Positions 28,534 through 40,451 of a stretch of DNA of 64,000 nucleotides are shown one piece after another (the stretch's first letter is position 1; the number at the start of each line of letters is the position of its first letter). Made by a program: the position numbers and the translations under genes. The notes beneath the pieces were generated by a model, which did not search any database, had not been told where the DNA came from, and saw nothing but the letters and a program-made list of their open reading frames with translations. This stretch comes from an uncultured Saprospirales bacterium (GTDB lineage: Bacteria; Bacteroidota; Bacteroidia; Chitinophagales; Saprospiraceae), in contig CAJXUU010000001.1 of assembly GCA_913061325.1 (NCBI GenBank), positions 1,864 through 65,863 of the forward strand, given 5' to 3'.

Positions 28534-30453
28534 ATGGCAAAAAGTAAGAAAAAGAAAATTGCTGGAAAAATCAAAACTAAGCCAGCTAAAACAACTATTA
28601 AAAAAGCTGTTTTAGAAACTGTTCCATTTTATGAGTCTGGTTTTTGGAAAAAGAATTGGTGGAAAGCACTTATTATATTTCTTCTACCTTTTGCTCTTTA
28701 TTATCAATCAACCACCTTCGGTTTTGTCCTAGATGATCAGATTGTTGTTTCTGAAAATAAATTTACAAAAAAAGGATTTGACGGTATTGGTGATTTATTG
28801 ACAACCGAGAGTATGACTGGATACTTCGGTGAACAAAAAGATCTCGTAGAAGGAAATCGATATAGACCTCTCTCTCTTATTACTTACGCCATAGAATATG
28901 GTATTGTTGGAGACTTAAAGCCTGGCCTTAGTCATTTTATCAATATTTTGCTTTATGGACTTACAGGCTTATTATTATTCAGAGTACTGACCATGATGCT
29001 TAGAAAACGAGTGGCTGTCACCTGGTGGTTGGCTATCCCTTTTTTGACCAGTCTTTTATATATAGCTCATCCCATTCATAGTGAGGCTGTAGCAAATATT
29101 AAGGGCAGAGATGAGATTTTGGCATTACTACTATCCCTTGCTACTCTGTATGGTGTTCTACGATATATGGACAAAAAGAGTATTGCTTGGTTAATATCTT
29201 CATGCTTCTTATTCTTTTTAGCATTGTTATCTAAAGAAAATAGTATTACGTTTTTAGCGGTTATACCTCTTACTGTTTACTTCTTTTCAGAATATAAATG
29301 GAAACCTAATTTTTTAGCATTGGGAGCACTTGTTGTCACCACAATTGTTTATTTGGCTCTTAGGTTTAGTGCCGCTGGAGTACCTGAATTCGGAAAAGAG
29401 ATCAATGACCTCATGAATAATCCGTTCTTAGGAATGAAAGGGGGAGAGAAGATGGCAACAATCATGTTTACACTTTATAAATACATCCAATTATATCTTT
29501 TTCCTCATCCATTAAGTCATGATTATTATCCATACGCAATTCCTGTATTAGGTTGGGGAGATTTCAGGTCTTTAGGTTCACTTTTCCTATATGTCGGATT
29601 GGGAATATGGGCACTCCTGGGGTTAAAAAAGAAGAGATTGTCCAGTTATGCAATATTATTTTATCTAATAACATTGACTATTGTTTCAAACATAGTAGTC
29701 AATCTAGGTACATTTATGAACGAGCGGTTTATCTATATGGCATCGGTCGGTTTAGCACTTCTTCTTTCATATATTATAAGTGAAAAAATAGGAAAATGGA
29801 AAGGAAATACTGGTGTAATCATAGCTTCCGCTCTTGTAGGTATAATGTTGGTGGGGTATTGTATGAAAACAATTTCTAGAGTGCCTGATTGGGAAAGTGC
29901 TCTTTCTCTTAATACCTCTGCAGTTAAATATGGAACTGAAAGTGCTCGCGCTAATTCTTTCATGGCAACTGCACTGTACAATGAAGGAAAAGAAAGTATA
30001 ACTGCTGATAAATGGGATAAACTAGAAGAAGGTTACGAATATGCTAACAAGGCTTTAAAAATTCACCCATTTTACCTAAACGGGAACTTGATGAAAGCGG
30101 GAATCGCAGCAGAATTATTTAAAAAGGATAGAGATGAAAAATTGCTATTAAGTCGGTTCGCCGAGGTCATGAGAAAACGACCTGATGTATCCTATATCAA
30201 TGAATATATGGAGTATCTTGAAAGCCGTACTAGCGATATGGACTATTTGCTCAACTGGTATGCAGATGTAAGTATCAATGATGTATTAAACAAAGCTAAT
30301 AGACCTAAATGGGCTCTACATTATCTCAATAGAGCATACAAAATCGATAAGACTAATAAGAAAGTTTTAGAAGGCATTTCAGTGATTTACAATGTTCTTG
30401 GAGATGCCGATAAATCTAATACGTTTAAATCAATGGCTGAACAACAAAATTAA
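28534..30453 (+). CDS. Polytopic membrane protein with C-terminal TPR region (PMT/TMTC-like glycosyltransferase family)
   Basis: About 10 TM helices with a conserved loop (LDDQIVVSENKF...NRYRPLSL) as in the DUF1736/TMTC and GT39-like families, plus a helical-repeat C-terminus. Confidence 0.5.
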   Translation: MAKSKKKKIAGKIKTKPAKTTIKKAVLETVPFYESGFWKKNWWKALIIFLLPFALYYQSTTFGFVLDDQIVVSENKFTKKGFDGIGDLLTTESMTGYFGEQKDLVEGNRYRPLSLITYAIEYGIVGDLKPGLSHFINILLYGLTGLLLFRVLTMMLRKRVAVTWWLAIPFLTSLLYIAHPIHSEAVANIKGRDEILALLLSLATLYGVLRYMDKKSIAWLISSCFLFFLALLSKENSITFLAVIPLTVYFFSEYKWKPNFLALGALVVTTIVYLALRFSAAGVPEFGKEINDLMNNPFLGMKGGEKMATIMFTLYKYIQLYLFPHPLSHDYYPYAIPVLGWGDFRSLGSLFLYVGLGIWALLGLKKKRLSSYAILFYLITLTIVSNIVVNLGTFMNERFIYMASVGLALLLSYIISEKIGKWKGNTGVIIASALVGIMLVGYCMKTISRVPDWESALSLNTSAVKYGTESARANSFMATALYNEGKESITADKWDKLEEGYEYANKALKIHPFYLNGNLMKAGIAAELFKKDRDEKLLLSRFAEVMRKRPDVSYINEYMEYLESRTSDMDYLLNWYADVSINDVLNKANRPKWALHYLNRAYKIDKTNKKVLEGISVIYNVLGDADKSNTFKSMAEQQN

Positions 30454-30454
30454 T

Positions 30455-31552
30455 ATGGACCAAAACCTTCTCAATAATATAGCGCTTACGATGGTACCTG
30501 AAGTTGGTCCTGTTATGGCTAAATTGCTGATAAGCTATTGTGGAAGTGCTGAGTTAGTATTTAAGGCTTCTAAGAAAGAATTGCTAAAAATACCAGGAAT
30601 AGGACCCAAGACAGTTGATAAAGTAATCTCTTCTGATACCTTTGAAAGAGCCGAAACACAACTCAAATTTCTATCCAACAATGGTGGTAAGGCAGTAGTT
30701 TTTCATTCTGACGAATATCCACAAAGACTTAAGCATTTCGAATCATCCCCTTTGGTACTCTACCTCAAGGGAGATATGAATCTAAACCATAAACGGACTG
30801 TAGCAATAATAGGTACTCGAAAACCCACAGAACAAGGAAAAATAAACTGCGAAAAACTAATCGAAGGGTTACAAGATTATGATGTTCAGATCATCTCAGG
30901 TTTGGCTTTTGGTATTGATACTTGTGCGCATAAAAAGAGTGTAGAAATCAATACAGAAACTATAGGTGTAATGGGACATGGACTTGACATATTGTACCCG
31001 GCCGAAAATAGAAAATTGGTCAGTAAAATGGTCATTAATGGCGGTGTATTAACAGAGTTTCCAATAAATACCCGTCCTGATAGAGAAAACTTCCCAATGC
31101 GAAATAGAATAATTGCTAGTATGAGTGACGTCGTAGTAGTTGTCGAAAGTAAACGCAAAGGTGGATCTATCATCACTGCAGAATTTGCAAATAACTACAA
31201 CAAAGATGTTTTTGCTATTCCTGGTAGAACTACAGATGAAGTATCAGAAGGGTGCAATAAACTGATCAAACAACATAAAGCTAACCTTCTAGAATCAGCA
31301 GCAGACATTGGCTATATTATGAGGTGGGATGAGACTGACAAATCTCGTGTTGTTCAAAAAGCTCTGTTTATCGACTTTGATAATGAAGAGCAAAAATTAA
31401 TTGACATTCTAAAAGAGAAAGAATCAGTAACAGTGGATGAATTCAGCCATTTGCTAAAACTCCCTCCTTCCAATCTTGCAAGTATGTTATTAAATCTCGA
31501 ATTTAAGGGGGCGATACGTTCGTTACCTGGTAAAAAATATATCTTGAGTTGA
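30455..31552 (+). CDS. dprA: DNA-processing protein DprA (Smf)
   Basis: IIGTRKPT..G, ISGLAFGIDTCAHK, GVMGHGLDILYP, NFPMRNRIIASMSD, VVVVESKRKGGSIITA. Start at ATG 30455, as the listed 30392 start overlaps the preceding gene. Confidence 0.85.
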   Translation: MDQNLLNNIALTMVPEVGPVMAKLLISYCGSAELVFKASKKELLKIPGIGPKTVDKVISSDTFERAETQLKFLSNNGGKAVVFHSDEYPQRLKHFESSPLVLYLKGDMNLNHKRTVAIIGTRKPTEQGKINCEKLIEGLQDYDVQIISGLAFGIDTCAHKKSVEINTETIGVMGHGLDILYPAENRKLVSKMVINGGVLTEFPINTRPDRENFPMRNRIIASMSDVVVVVESKRKGGSIITAEFANNYNKDVFAIPGRTTDEVSEGCNKLIKQHKANLLESAADIGYIMRWDETDKSRVVQKALFIDFDNEEQKLIDILKEKESVTVDEFSHLLKLPPSNLASMLLNLEFKGAIRSLPGKKYILS

Positions 31553-31571
31553 TTCTTATAAATCTTTATTT

Positions 31572-32717
31572 ATGAAAAAGTATCTGTACATATTATTTGT
31601 GCTCGTTGTATCATTATTTTCTTGTGATACCAGTAAGAAAGCTGCCATAACCGCTCAACCACAAATAGTAGAAAAATCAATCACAGGCTTAAATAAAAAA
31701 GCTAAAAATGTGATTTTTATGGTGGGGGATGGCATGGGTATCACTCAGATAAGTTCGGGATTGTACAGCAATGATAATAAACTCAACTTAGAAAGAATCA
31801 GCACAATTGGCCTTCATAAGTGCTATGCATATGATAATTTGATAACTGATTCCGCAGCTGGTGCTACAGCATTCGCCTGTGGGGTAAAAACCTACAACGG
31901 AGCTATTGGGGTAGGGCCAGACACGATACCTGTTCAATCTATTTTAGAAGAAGCAGAACTAAAAGGATTAAAAACCGGCATGGTTGCTACATCAACTATA
32001 GATCATGCTACTCCTGCATCATTCGCGGCACACAATAAATACAGAAAAAATTATGAAGAGATAGCGCTAGACTATCTAGAGACTGGGTGTGAAATTCTTA
32101 TTGGTGGAGGTCAAAAAAGTTTTGACCGTAGAGAAATGGACGAAAGAAACTTATCTGAAGAATTTGCCAAAGATGGATATACCGTCGTAAGTCATGTTGA
32201 TAAAACGATCAATGAGATAGATATGACAGATGTAGAAAAATTGATCTTCTATACTGCTGATTCATCTCCATTACCCGTTTCTCAAGGGAGAGACTATCTC
32301 AAACCTGCATCAGAATTGTCAATCAAGCATCTAAATAAAAACAATGAAAATGGATTTTTTCTATTGATAGAAGGTTCTCAAATCGATTGGGGAGGACATG
32401 CCAATGACGCCAATATGATCATCACAGAGATGTTAGACTTTGATAAAACAATAGGTGCTGTTCTTGACTTCGCTGAGAAAGATGGTAACACCCTAGTCGT
32501 CATAACTGCCGATCATGAAACAGGAGGGTTCGCGATTCAAAAAGGGTCAAAACTGAATGATTTGAAAACGAAATTCACCTCTGATTATCATACAGCTGAC
32601 ATCATTCCTGTCTTTGCTTTTGGGCCAGGAGAAGAAGACTTCAGCGGTATCTATGAGAACACCGAACTCTATCATAAAATGAGAGCAGCTTTTGGTTGGG
32701 AAAGCAAAAAGGATTGA
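31572..32717 (+). CDS. Alkaline phosphatase (PhoA family), lipoprotein
   Basis: FMVGDGMG, the TDSAAGATAFA active-site Ser motif, DHATPA, QIDWGGHAND and ADHETGG. Confidence 0.8.
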   Translation: MKKYLYILFVLVVSLFSCDTSKKAAITAQPQIVEKSITGLNKKAKNVIFMVGDGMGITQISSGLYSNDNKLNLERISTIGLHKCYAYDNLITDSAAGATAFACGVKTYNGAIGVGPDTIPVQSILEEAELKGLKTGMVATSTIDHATPASFAAHNKYRKNYEEIALDYLETGCEILIGGGQKSFDRREMDERNLSEEFAKDGYTVVSHVDKTINEIDMTDVEKLIFYTADSSPLPVSQGRDYLKPASELSIKHLNKNNENGFFLLIEGSQIDWGGHANDANMIITEMLDFDKTIGAVLDFAEKDGNTLVVITADHETGGFAIQKGSKLNDLKTKFTSDYHTADIIPVFAFGPGEEDFSGIYENTELYHKMRAAFGWESKKD

Positions 32718-32734
32718 TATTAAATTAATTTGTT

Positions 32735-33154
32735 CTAACTATTCCACATTTCAAGGCATTGATTCTCCATTTCAGTCATTTTATCTTGATCTTCTTCGGT
32801 CTTGTCGCCGTAACCTGCCATGTGTAGTAATCCATGTGCTATTACACGCAACAACTCTGACTCAAAAGTTGTGTTATACTCCTTAGCATTGTCTCTAACT
32901 CTGTCAACAGATATGAAAATGTCACTTTCTATTTCATGACCCTGCTTATAGGGAAATGTGATAATATCTGTATAATAATCATGGTTCAAATACGTCTTAT
33001 TGATCTCCAAGAGATAATCATCGCTGCAGAATATATAACTGAGCTGTGATATCTGTTTTTCCTCCTTACTAGCAATATCAAACAGCCAAGAAGTGAGTTT
33101 TTCTTCTTCAGGTAAGTCAACTTCTATTTTTTCTTTGTGGAAGGTTATGGGCAT
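32735..33154 (-). CDS. ybeY: rRNA maturation endoribonuclease YbeY
   Basis: HGLLHMAGYGD zinc-binding HxxxHxxxxxH motif, 139 aa. Confidence 0.9.
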   Translation of the reverse strand: MPITFHKEKIEVDLPEEEKLTSWLFDIASKEEKQISQLSYIFCSDDYLLEINKTYLNHDYYTDIITFPYKQGHEIESDIFISVDRVRDNAKEYNTTFESELLRVIAHGLLHMAGYGDKTEEDQDKMTEMENQCLEMWNS

Positions 33155-33171
33155 ATTTTTTTACATTGTTG

Positions 33172-33179
33172 TGCAAAGG
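33172..33179 (-). promoter_or_regulatory. Bacteroidota -7 promoter box (TACCTTTG on minus strand)
   Basis: TAnnTTTG match 17 nt upstream of the ybeY ATG. Confidence 0.4.
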
Positions 33180-33263
33180 TATATGTTTTCTATTTGATCA
33201 CATACTTCGCTATTTATCTGATTTGCTTACGTTGTTCTCCTCTTTATTGGGGAGCAAAAACAA

Positions 33264-33297
33264 GATTATAAACAAAAAGCTCTGTAGAAATGAATCC
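33264..33297 (-). terminator. Rho-independent terminator after atpC
   Basis: The minus strand reads AAGGCTCTGTGG-attcatttc-TACAGAGCTTTTTG. Confidence 0.7.
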
Positions 33298-33337
33298 ACA
33301 GAGCCTTGATTATTTTAAATTAGTCGTTTTATGAGAA

Positions 33338-33625
33338 CTAATTCTGTATTTCTTCTACACCTTGAACCAACAGTGATACTTCTTCACCCAATACTTCTAC
33401 AAATCCTTTGTTAATATTGAATGTTTGTTTGCCCCCTGATGTATCAATTATTCTTACCTCTCCAGTTACGAGGCTAGATACTATAGGCGCGTGGCCTTTT
33501 AATATCTCAAACTGCCCATTAGTTCCTGGAACTTTTACAGATTCAATACTTCCTTGGTAGATTTCTTTCTCTGGTGTTAATACTATTAATTCCATAGTTT
33601 TATAGATTTCGAAATTTTGAGACAT
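33338..33625 (-). CDS. atpC: F0F1 ATP synthase subunit epsilon (short form)
   Basis: Lies immediately downstream of atpD. LIVLTPEKEIYQG...VPGTNGQFEILKGHAPIVS is the epsilon beta-sandwich signature. Confidence 0.85.
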   Translation of the reverse strand: MSQNFEIYKTMELIVLTPEKEIYQGSIESVKVPGTNGQFEILKGHAPIVSSLVTGEVRIIDTSGGKQTFNINKGFVEVLGEEVSLLVQGVEEIQN

Positions 33626-33680
33626 TGAGGTTCACTTCGATTACTCGAATTCTCTTTAGCTCGTCATCTCTTTTCTTTAT

Positions 33681-35360
<1,680 letters not shown>

Positions 35361-35479
35361 TTAGAATATGTGATATGTTATTTTTGTCGTGACGGAATCT
35401 AGGATTTCGAAGGGTGGATTACAATTAGTACTTTATTTTGGAAATTGGTTTATATTGATCTTCTATTAACCAATTAATC

Positions 35480-36130
35480 ATGATCTTCAGAATTGTTTTA
35501 CTATTACTTTTTTGCTCTCATTTATCCTTTGGACAGAAAATAGAGATAGCTGCAGGGCTTTCAAAATATGATTATTCATTAGAAGACGAACAAAAATTCT
35601 CAAACTCTGCTAATACAGATATTGGATTCGGTTTATATTTAGGTCTTAATGATGTACATTTTGAACTGATGAACTTCAGGTTTACGGTTGGTATTAGCAA
35701 GTCTGCTACAAAGTTCCATTATTGATCAGGAGGTTCGGGAGGAGGTGTAATTACTGATGCTGGAACAAATAAATCAGTGCTCACTTTAGGAGCCTACCCA
35801 TTCAACTTCAAACTATTCAAATATATAGACATAAATATAGGGGTTAAATGGTTGCAAATAATTTCAAGCACAGTTACAGGCAATTATTCAGAATTTGGTC
35901 TCGCGGGTAATGCTGCATTTGACTTTTCGGATTCAGAAGAGGATATTCTAACAACAAACCAAATAGGTCCAACTGGAAGAATCGCATACGTTATCAAACT
36001 TTCTGACAAAACATCACTCACCCCCCAATACAATTATTACTTAGGACTAAGTAAGGAATTCAATAAATATATAAGTACAAAATTTAGACAAAATCATTTT
36101 ATAGGTATTGGTCTTCAGATTAAGATCTAA
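35480..36130 (+). pseudogene. Small OM beta-barrel protein interrupted by a single in-frame TGA
   Basis: ORFs 35480-35725 (signal peptide plus beta strands) and 35777-36130 share one frame. The only interruption is the TGA at 35723-35725 (..KFHY*SGGSGGGVITDAGTNKSVLTLGAYPF..). The C-terminus (HFIGIGLQIKI) is beta-barrel-like. Confidence 0.55.
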
Positions 36131-36280
36131 AATGAAATCTTCTCCAAATGAACTATAACACCCAAATCCTTCGTTATCAGACTGTAATTAAAAATGTTGT
36201 AGTCGATAACACATTTATATTAATGAGTTTCTAGTCCTATAATCTCCCAAATTAAGAGGATACCATGAAAAATTAAACGT

Positions 36281-36661
36281 ATGAAAAACTTACTCCTTGC
36301 TTTATTAACCATTGCTTCAATGGGGTTAAATGCGCAGACGGAAGTAGACTTCCTTAATGCAGTAGGTAAAAAAGATCTATCAAATGCAAGTGCGTATCTT
36401 GCACCAAATGTATCTTTTTGCATCAATGACAATCAGAAAAAAGTAAGCAAATCAACTGCTATTTCTGAGTTGAAAAAATTCTTATCTACTAAAAAGATTC
36501 AAAAATTTAAAATTCTGCATAATGGTAAATCTTCTGATAAAACATCAAGTTATAGAGTAGCAAGAATCAAAACTCAAAAAGGGACATACCGTATTTTTGC
36601 ATATTCTGAAGGCGTTGGTCGCTCTTCAAAAGTGGTAGAAATCCGAATCGATCCTATGTAA
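36281..36661 (+). CDS. DUF4783 family secreted protein
   Basis: Signal peptide, then SKSTAISELKKFLSTKKIQKFKILHNGKS...GTYRIFAY...VVEIRID, which matches my recollection of the DUF4783 pattern. Confidence 0.5.
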   Translation: MKNLLLALLTIASMGLNAQTEVDFLNAVGKKDLSNASAYLAPNVSFCINDNQKKVSKSTAISELKKFLSTKKIQKFKILHNGKSSDKTSSYRVARIKTQKGTYRIFAYSEGVGRSSKVVEIRIDPM

Positions 36662-36922
36662 TATATAAATTAAGGTTTTCTTAACCACAGCAGTACAATA
36701 TGAAATTTAGCTGATTATCAAGCCTTTACAACATATATAATAATTTAAATTTGTTTTTTTGGTACATTACCCTTTCATCTTTGGATTATACAACATATAT
36801 TGCACCCATATTAATTAACTAAACAGCATTACGCCTATACATTAGATTTTACACTTAGAATACTTAATCAGATTATTATTTACCTAACCGATTAAAAGTG
36901 TAGACCTATGAATGTATGTGAA

Positions 36923-37489
36923 ATGAAAGACCAGGAGTTAATTAAAACCTACCTTACAGGCGAAGATAAAGCCTTTGAAATTCTTCTTAAAAGACATAAA
37001 GACAAAATTTATACATCGATCTATCTTTTCGTAAAAGATACTGAGATGGCTAATGATATATTCCAAGATGTATTCATCAAAATCGTAGATACGCTACGAA
37101 AAGGTAAATACAACCATGAAGGTAAATTCTTACAATGGGCTATGAGAATATCATACAACATGTGTGTTGATAATTTCAGAAGAAACAAGAGAAGAACCAA
37201 AGTGTCATCAACCGAAACATTCGATATATTCGATATTTTAGAATCAAAAGATGATAATATGGAGACGACTATGATCAAGTCGCAAATGCACAAAAAAGTA
37301 AGAAGCTTAGTAGATGAATTGCCTCCCGAGCAAAGAGAAGTAGTAATTTTAAGACACTATGCAGATATGAGTTTTAAAGAAATTTCACAATTGACTAGAG
37401 TAAGTATTAATACTGCGCTTGGTCGTATGAGATATGCACTCATCAACATGAGAAAGATGGCTGACGAAAGAAATATGGTCGCAGTTTAA
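36923..37489 (+). CDS. RNA polymerase sigma-70 family (ECF-like) factor
   Basis: Region 2 (ANDIFQDVFIKI, FLQWAMRISYNMCVDNFRR) and region 4 (QREVVILRHYADMSFKEISQLTRVSINTALGRMRYAL). Confidence 0.8.
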   Translation: MKDQELIKTYLTGEDKAFEILLKRHKDKIYTSIYLFVKDTEMANDIFQDVFIKIVDTLRKGKYNHEGKFLQWAMRISYNMCVDNFRRNKRRTKVSSTETFDIFDILESKDDNMETTMIKSQMHKKVRSLVDELPPEQREVVILRHYADMSFKEISQLTRVSINTALGRMRYALINMRKMADERNMVAV

Positions 37490-37556
37490 GAATTAAATTA
37501 AGATGGTAGATATGAGATTACAATTATAAACTCTACATCAAAATTATAGCAAGATA

Positions 37557-37597
37557 AAAGCAAGTATGGTCGATGATCATGCTTGCTTTGTTTTTTT
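37557..37597 (+). terminator. Rho-independent terminator after the sigma factor gene
   Basis: AGCAAGTATG ... CATGCTTGCT stem (one G-U pair) followed by TTGTTTTTTTT. Confidence 0.75.
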
Positions 37598-37766
37598 TAC
37601 ACCATTTTCATAAAACAATTAAACTTTTTAAAAGACTTAAATCTATAACTAGATTATGTACGAGTAAAAACTGTCAACTATAATTAGAGTCAAATTAAAT
37701 CTATTTATGAGAAATGAATTCTACCCTTGGTAGCAACAAAGAATATAGTTATTAGGTGAGAACAAT

Positions 37767-39278
37767 CTATTTGTTGAACAACAAACCATAAAACGTCCTA
37801 ACACCATCAAAATAGTTGCCAATTCGTAAGTTTTCATTCGGGCTATGTTGGTTATTATCACTATTGACAAGAGGGACAATTACTGCGGGTACTCCTAACG
37901 ATTGAATAAAGGGGGATATAGGCACACTTCCTCCTAGGATTCGTACACGAATTGGCTCTTGGCTGAATTCTTTTTTTATTGCTTCATAGACAGCTATACC
38001 AATAGGAGAGTCCAACTCTGTTCGAAAAGCTTCATATGCTCTAGAGTTAGTGAATTGACAAATTTTAGGATTTTTGAATCTCTCTGTAGATGTTGGTTTT
38101 CTATCCAACACTAAATATCCTTGATCTATGATATGTTGTTTAACAAGATCTACTTGTCTTTTTGGTGGAGTCTCAGGGACCAAACGGATGTCAATCTCGG
38201 CTGTTGCTGTTGCAGGTACAATTGTACGTGCTTCACTTCCTATCCATGCCGATCCCAATCCTCTGATATTGAGAGAAGGATATTGAATTGATTCTTGATA
38301 ATTTGCTCCTACCTTATCCGTGTTGCCTATTCCTAGTTTTACTCTAAATTGATTTTCATCATCAGGAACTTGAGCTAATATCGCTTTGGTTGCATCATCA
38401 ATGACCACTCCATCATAAAATCCAGGGATAGTCACCCGACCATCTTCATCCTTCATAGACGATAATAATTGCGCTAATCTTAGTGCTGGATTCGGTGCAT
38501 AATTACCATAATGTCCACTATGCAAAGGAAATGTTGGACCATATACCTTTATACTTATTGTTGTGATTCCTCGAGCACCATAAGTGATCGTCGGTTGGTT
38601 ACTGATATGTTTTGGCCCATCAAAAATCAGTAACATATCTGCTGCAAGTGCTTCTTTATTCTTTTCCACCGCTCCAGCCAAACGAGGAGACCCCTTTTCT
38701 TCTTCAAAATCCAAGATCACTTTAAGGTTAAACGGTAGTGATTCTCCCTTTTCTTTCACCATTTTCATAACAGTAAGAAACATTATAAAAGGTGATTTAT
38801 CATCAGAAGATGATCTAGCAAAGATTCTCCAATCTGGATTAATATCTTCAGTTGTCAGTTTGTTCCAATCAATATCTACCCACCCTTCTCCTACAATTTG
38901 TTCTTTTAGCACAGCTTTATAGGGGTCGTCTTGAAACCAAAACTGAGGATCTACAGGCTGTCCATCGATATGAAAGTAGTACATTTTCGTTTCTAGGTTT
39001 GGTTTCAGCGTTTTATAGGTAGCCAATACCAAAGGAACCGTTTCTGTTTCTAGTCGCTGGGAAGTAAATCCCAAATCGCTCATATGAGATTCTACCCATT
39101 CTATATTCCTTAAAATATCTTCTGGCTGATTGGCATCGTTTGGGATAGCCAAAAGTTCTTTCAGTAGGTCAAAAGATTCAATTGTTGCTTTATGCATTTC
39201 TCTATCACTGACTCTTTGCTGAGTAAATGCATTTATACAAAAAAGTATAAACAACGATGGAAGTAATATCTTTTTCAT
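37767..39278 (-). CDS. M20/M25/M40 family metallopeptidase (dipeptidase-like), secreted
   Basis: Signal peptide, FHIDGQPV, ARSSSDDKSP (the M20 Asp-bridging motif), EEEKGSP and HSPNENL near the C-terminus. Confidence 0.7.
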   Translation of the reverse strand: MKKILLPSLFILFCINAFTQQRVSDREMHKATIESFDLLKELLAIPNDANQPEDILRNIEWVESHMSDLGFTSQRLETETVPLVLATYKTLKPNLETKMYYFHIDGQPVDPQFWFQDDPYKAVLKEQIVGEGWVDIDWNKLTTEDINPDWRIFARSSSDDKSPFIMFLTVMKMVKEKGESLPFNLKVILDFEEEKGSPRLAGAVEKNKEALAADMLLIFDGPKHISNQPTITYGARGITTISIKVYGPTFPLHSGHYGNYAPNPALRLAQLLSSMKDEDGRVTIPGFYDGVVIDDATKAILAQVPDDENQFRVKLGIGNTDKVGANYQESIQYPSLNIRGLGSAWIGSEARTIVPATATAEIDIRLVPETPPKRQVDLVKQHIIDQGYLVLDRKPTSTERFKNPKICQFTNSRAYEAFRTELDSPIGIAVYEAIKKEFSQEPIRVRILGGSVPISPFIQSLGVPAVIVPLVNSDNNQHSPNENLRIGNYFDGVRTFYGLLFNK

Positions 39279-39290
39279 GATTCTTTTAAT

Positions 39291-40388
39291 TTATTGACAA
39301 GCATATATAGCAAATGAACCCAACCAGTGTCCACCTTCATAACTATCTCCAACCAATGAAGAAAGTGAATTTTCAATATGATTATTGGCTACTGTTATCA
39401 GGTGATTATATCTGTCATCTGTGTCCACAATTGACTTCAAACACCATGCTCTACTAAAATTTACACCGTCTAAGTGTACTAATTTTCCGTCGGTTCTATC
39501 ACTTACCCTACCAACTTCTAGTTTAAACTCTCGGTCTTTTAATTGAGGGAGAAATTGATCTAACCAAATCACAAATTCATCCTTTGCCAATACTCTACTC
39601 ATTAGACTCGCTTCTTCGAGGCATGGAGATAAAAAATCGAAACCACTTGGCTCCCATATGATTGGGCAATTTTTGTCAGATTGATAGTAATCCTTTGCTC
39701 GGTTCTTAAGCAAGCTCTCTAATTCGGTGTTATCCACAGTCTTAGCATAATCCAATGCGAATGACATTCCAAAAGCAGTATTTGAGTGCTCTCCAACGCG
39801 GATGGGGTAGACTAATTTTGGTAAAAACTCAGAATATTTATCTACGATCATGTCAGTCAACGGTTGGAGGTTAGTTTCTAACTCTCCAGCTAATTGATCG
39901 TCCCAAGTATGTAACTCTTCTGCCAGTTTTAAGAGCCAGGCCCATCCATAAGTTCGTTCGTAGGTTTTATTATGACCCTCAAAGTATTCTAATTCTTTTA
40001 TGATATTTTCTTTACTGATGTTCTGTTTTAGTTTTGAAATGGCGTCCGCTTTATTTTCAATATTCGGAAAATCTTTGAGCAGTTTTACCAGTGACCAATG
40101 CCCATGAACTGCCGAATGCCAGTCAAAGCAACCGAAAAACGAAGGATGCAAATCACTCGGCTCTCGCAAATCTCCTTTATCTCCCACTACCTGTCCTAAT
40201 TTATTGGGATACTCTTGTAGCACACAAGCAAGAGGTAATTCTATAAGGTTATTAGCCGCTTTTAGATCTAGCTTTATTGATTCTTTAGCTTCATATATCG
40301 AAGTTTCTTGTGTTTTCCCTTTTGTTTCTGAACAAGAGGATAGTCCAATGACAACAAATAATATGAGCATTAATTTTATAAACTTCAT
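39291..40388 (-). CDS. DUF2891 family protein (lipoprotein)
   Basis: HPSFFGCFDWHSAVHGHW, YGWAWLLKL, HSNTAFG and GGHWLGSFA match my recollection of DUF2891. Confidence 0.55.
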   Translation of the reverse strand: MKFIKLMLILFVVIGLSSCSETKGKTQETSIYEAKESIKLDLKAANNLIELPLACVLQEYPNKLGQVVGDKGDLREPSDLHPSFFGCFDWHSAVHGHWSLVKLLKDFPNIENKADAISKLKQNISKENIIKELEYFEGHNKTYERTYGWAWLLKLAEELHTWDDQLAGELETNLQPLTDMIVDKYSEFLPKLVYPIRVGEHSNTAFGMSFALDYAKTVDNTELESLLKNRAKDYYQSDKNCPIIWEPSGFDFLSPCLEEASLMSRVLAKDEFVIWLDQFLPQLKDREFKLEVGRVSDRTDGKLVHLDGVNFSRAWCLKSIVDTDDRYNHLITVANNHIENSLSSLVGDSYEGGHWLGSFAIYACQ

Positions 40389-40451
40389 GAAAATTATTTC
40401 ATCTACTATTATTCAAATTCAACATTCCTAATTTGAGGTTTATCTATTGAC

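Noticed and set aside
35723-35725. The in-frame TGA read as Sec, Trp or Gly (alternative genetic code or selenocysteine).
   Set aside because: TGA clearly terminates well-supported genes in this window, for example trpS at 20546-20548 and the ORF ending at 7565. No convincing SECIS-like hairpin follows the codon. A nonsense mutation or base-call error is more parsimonious.
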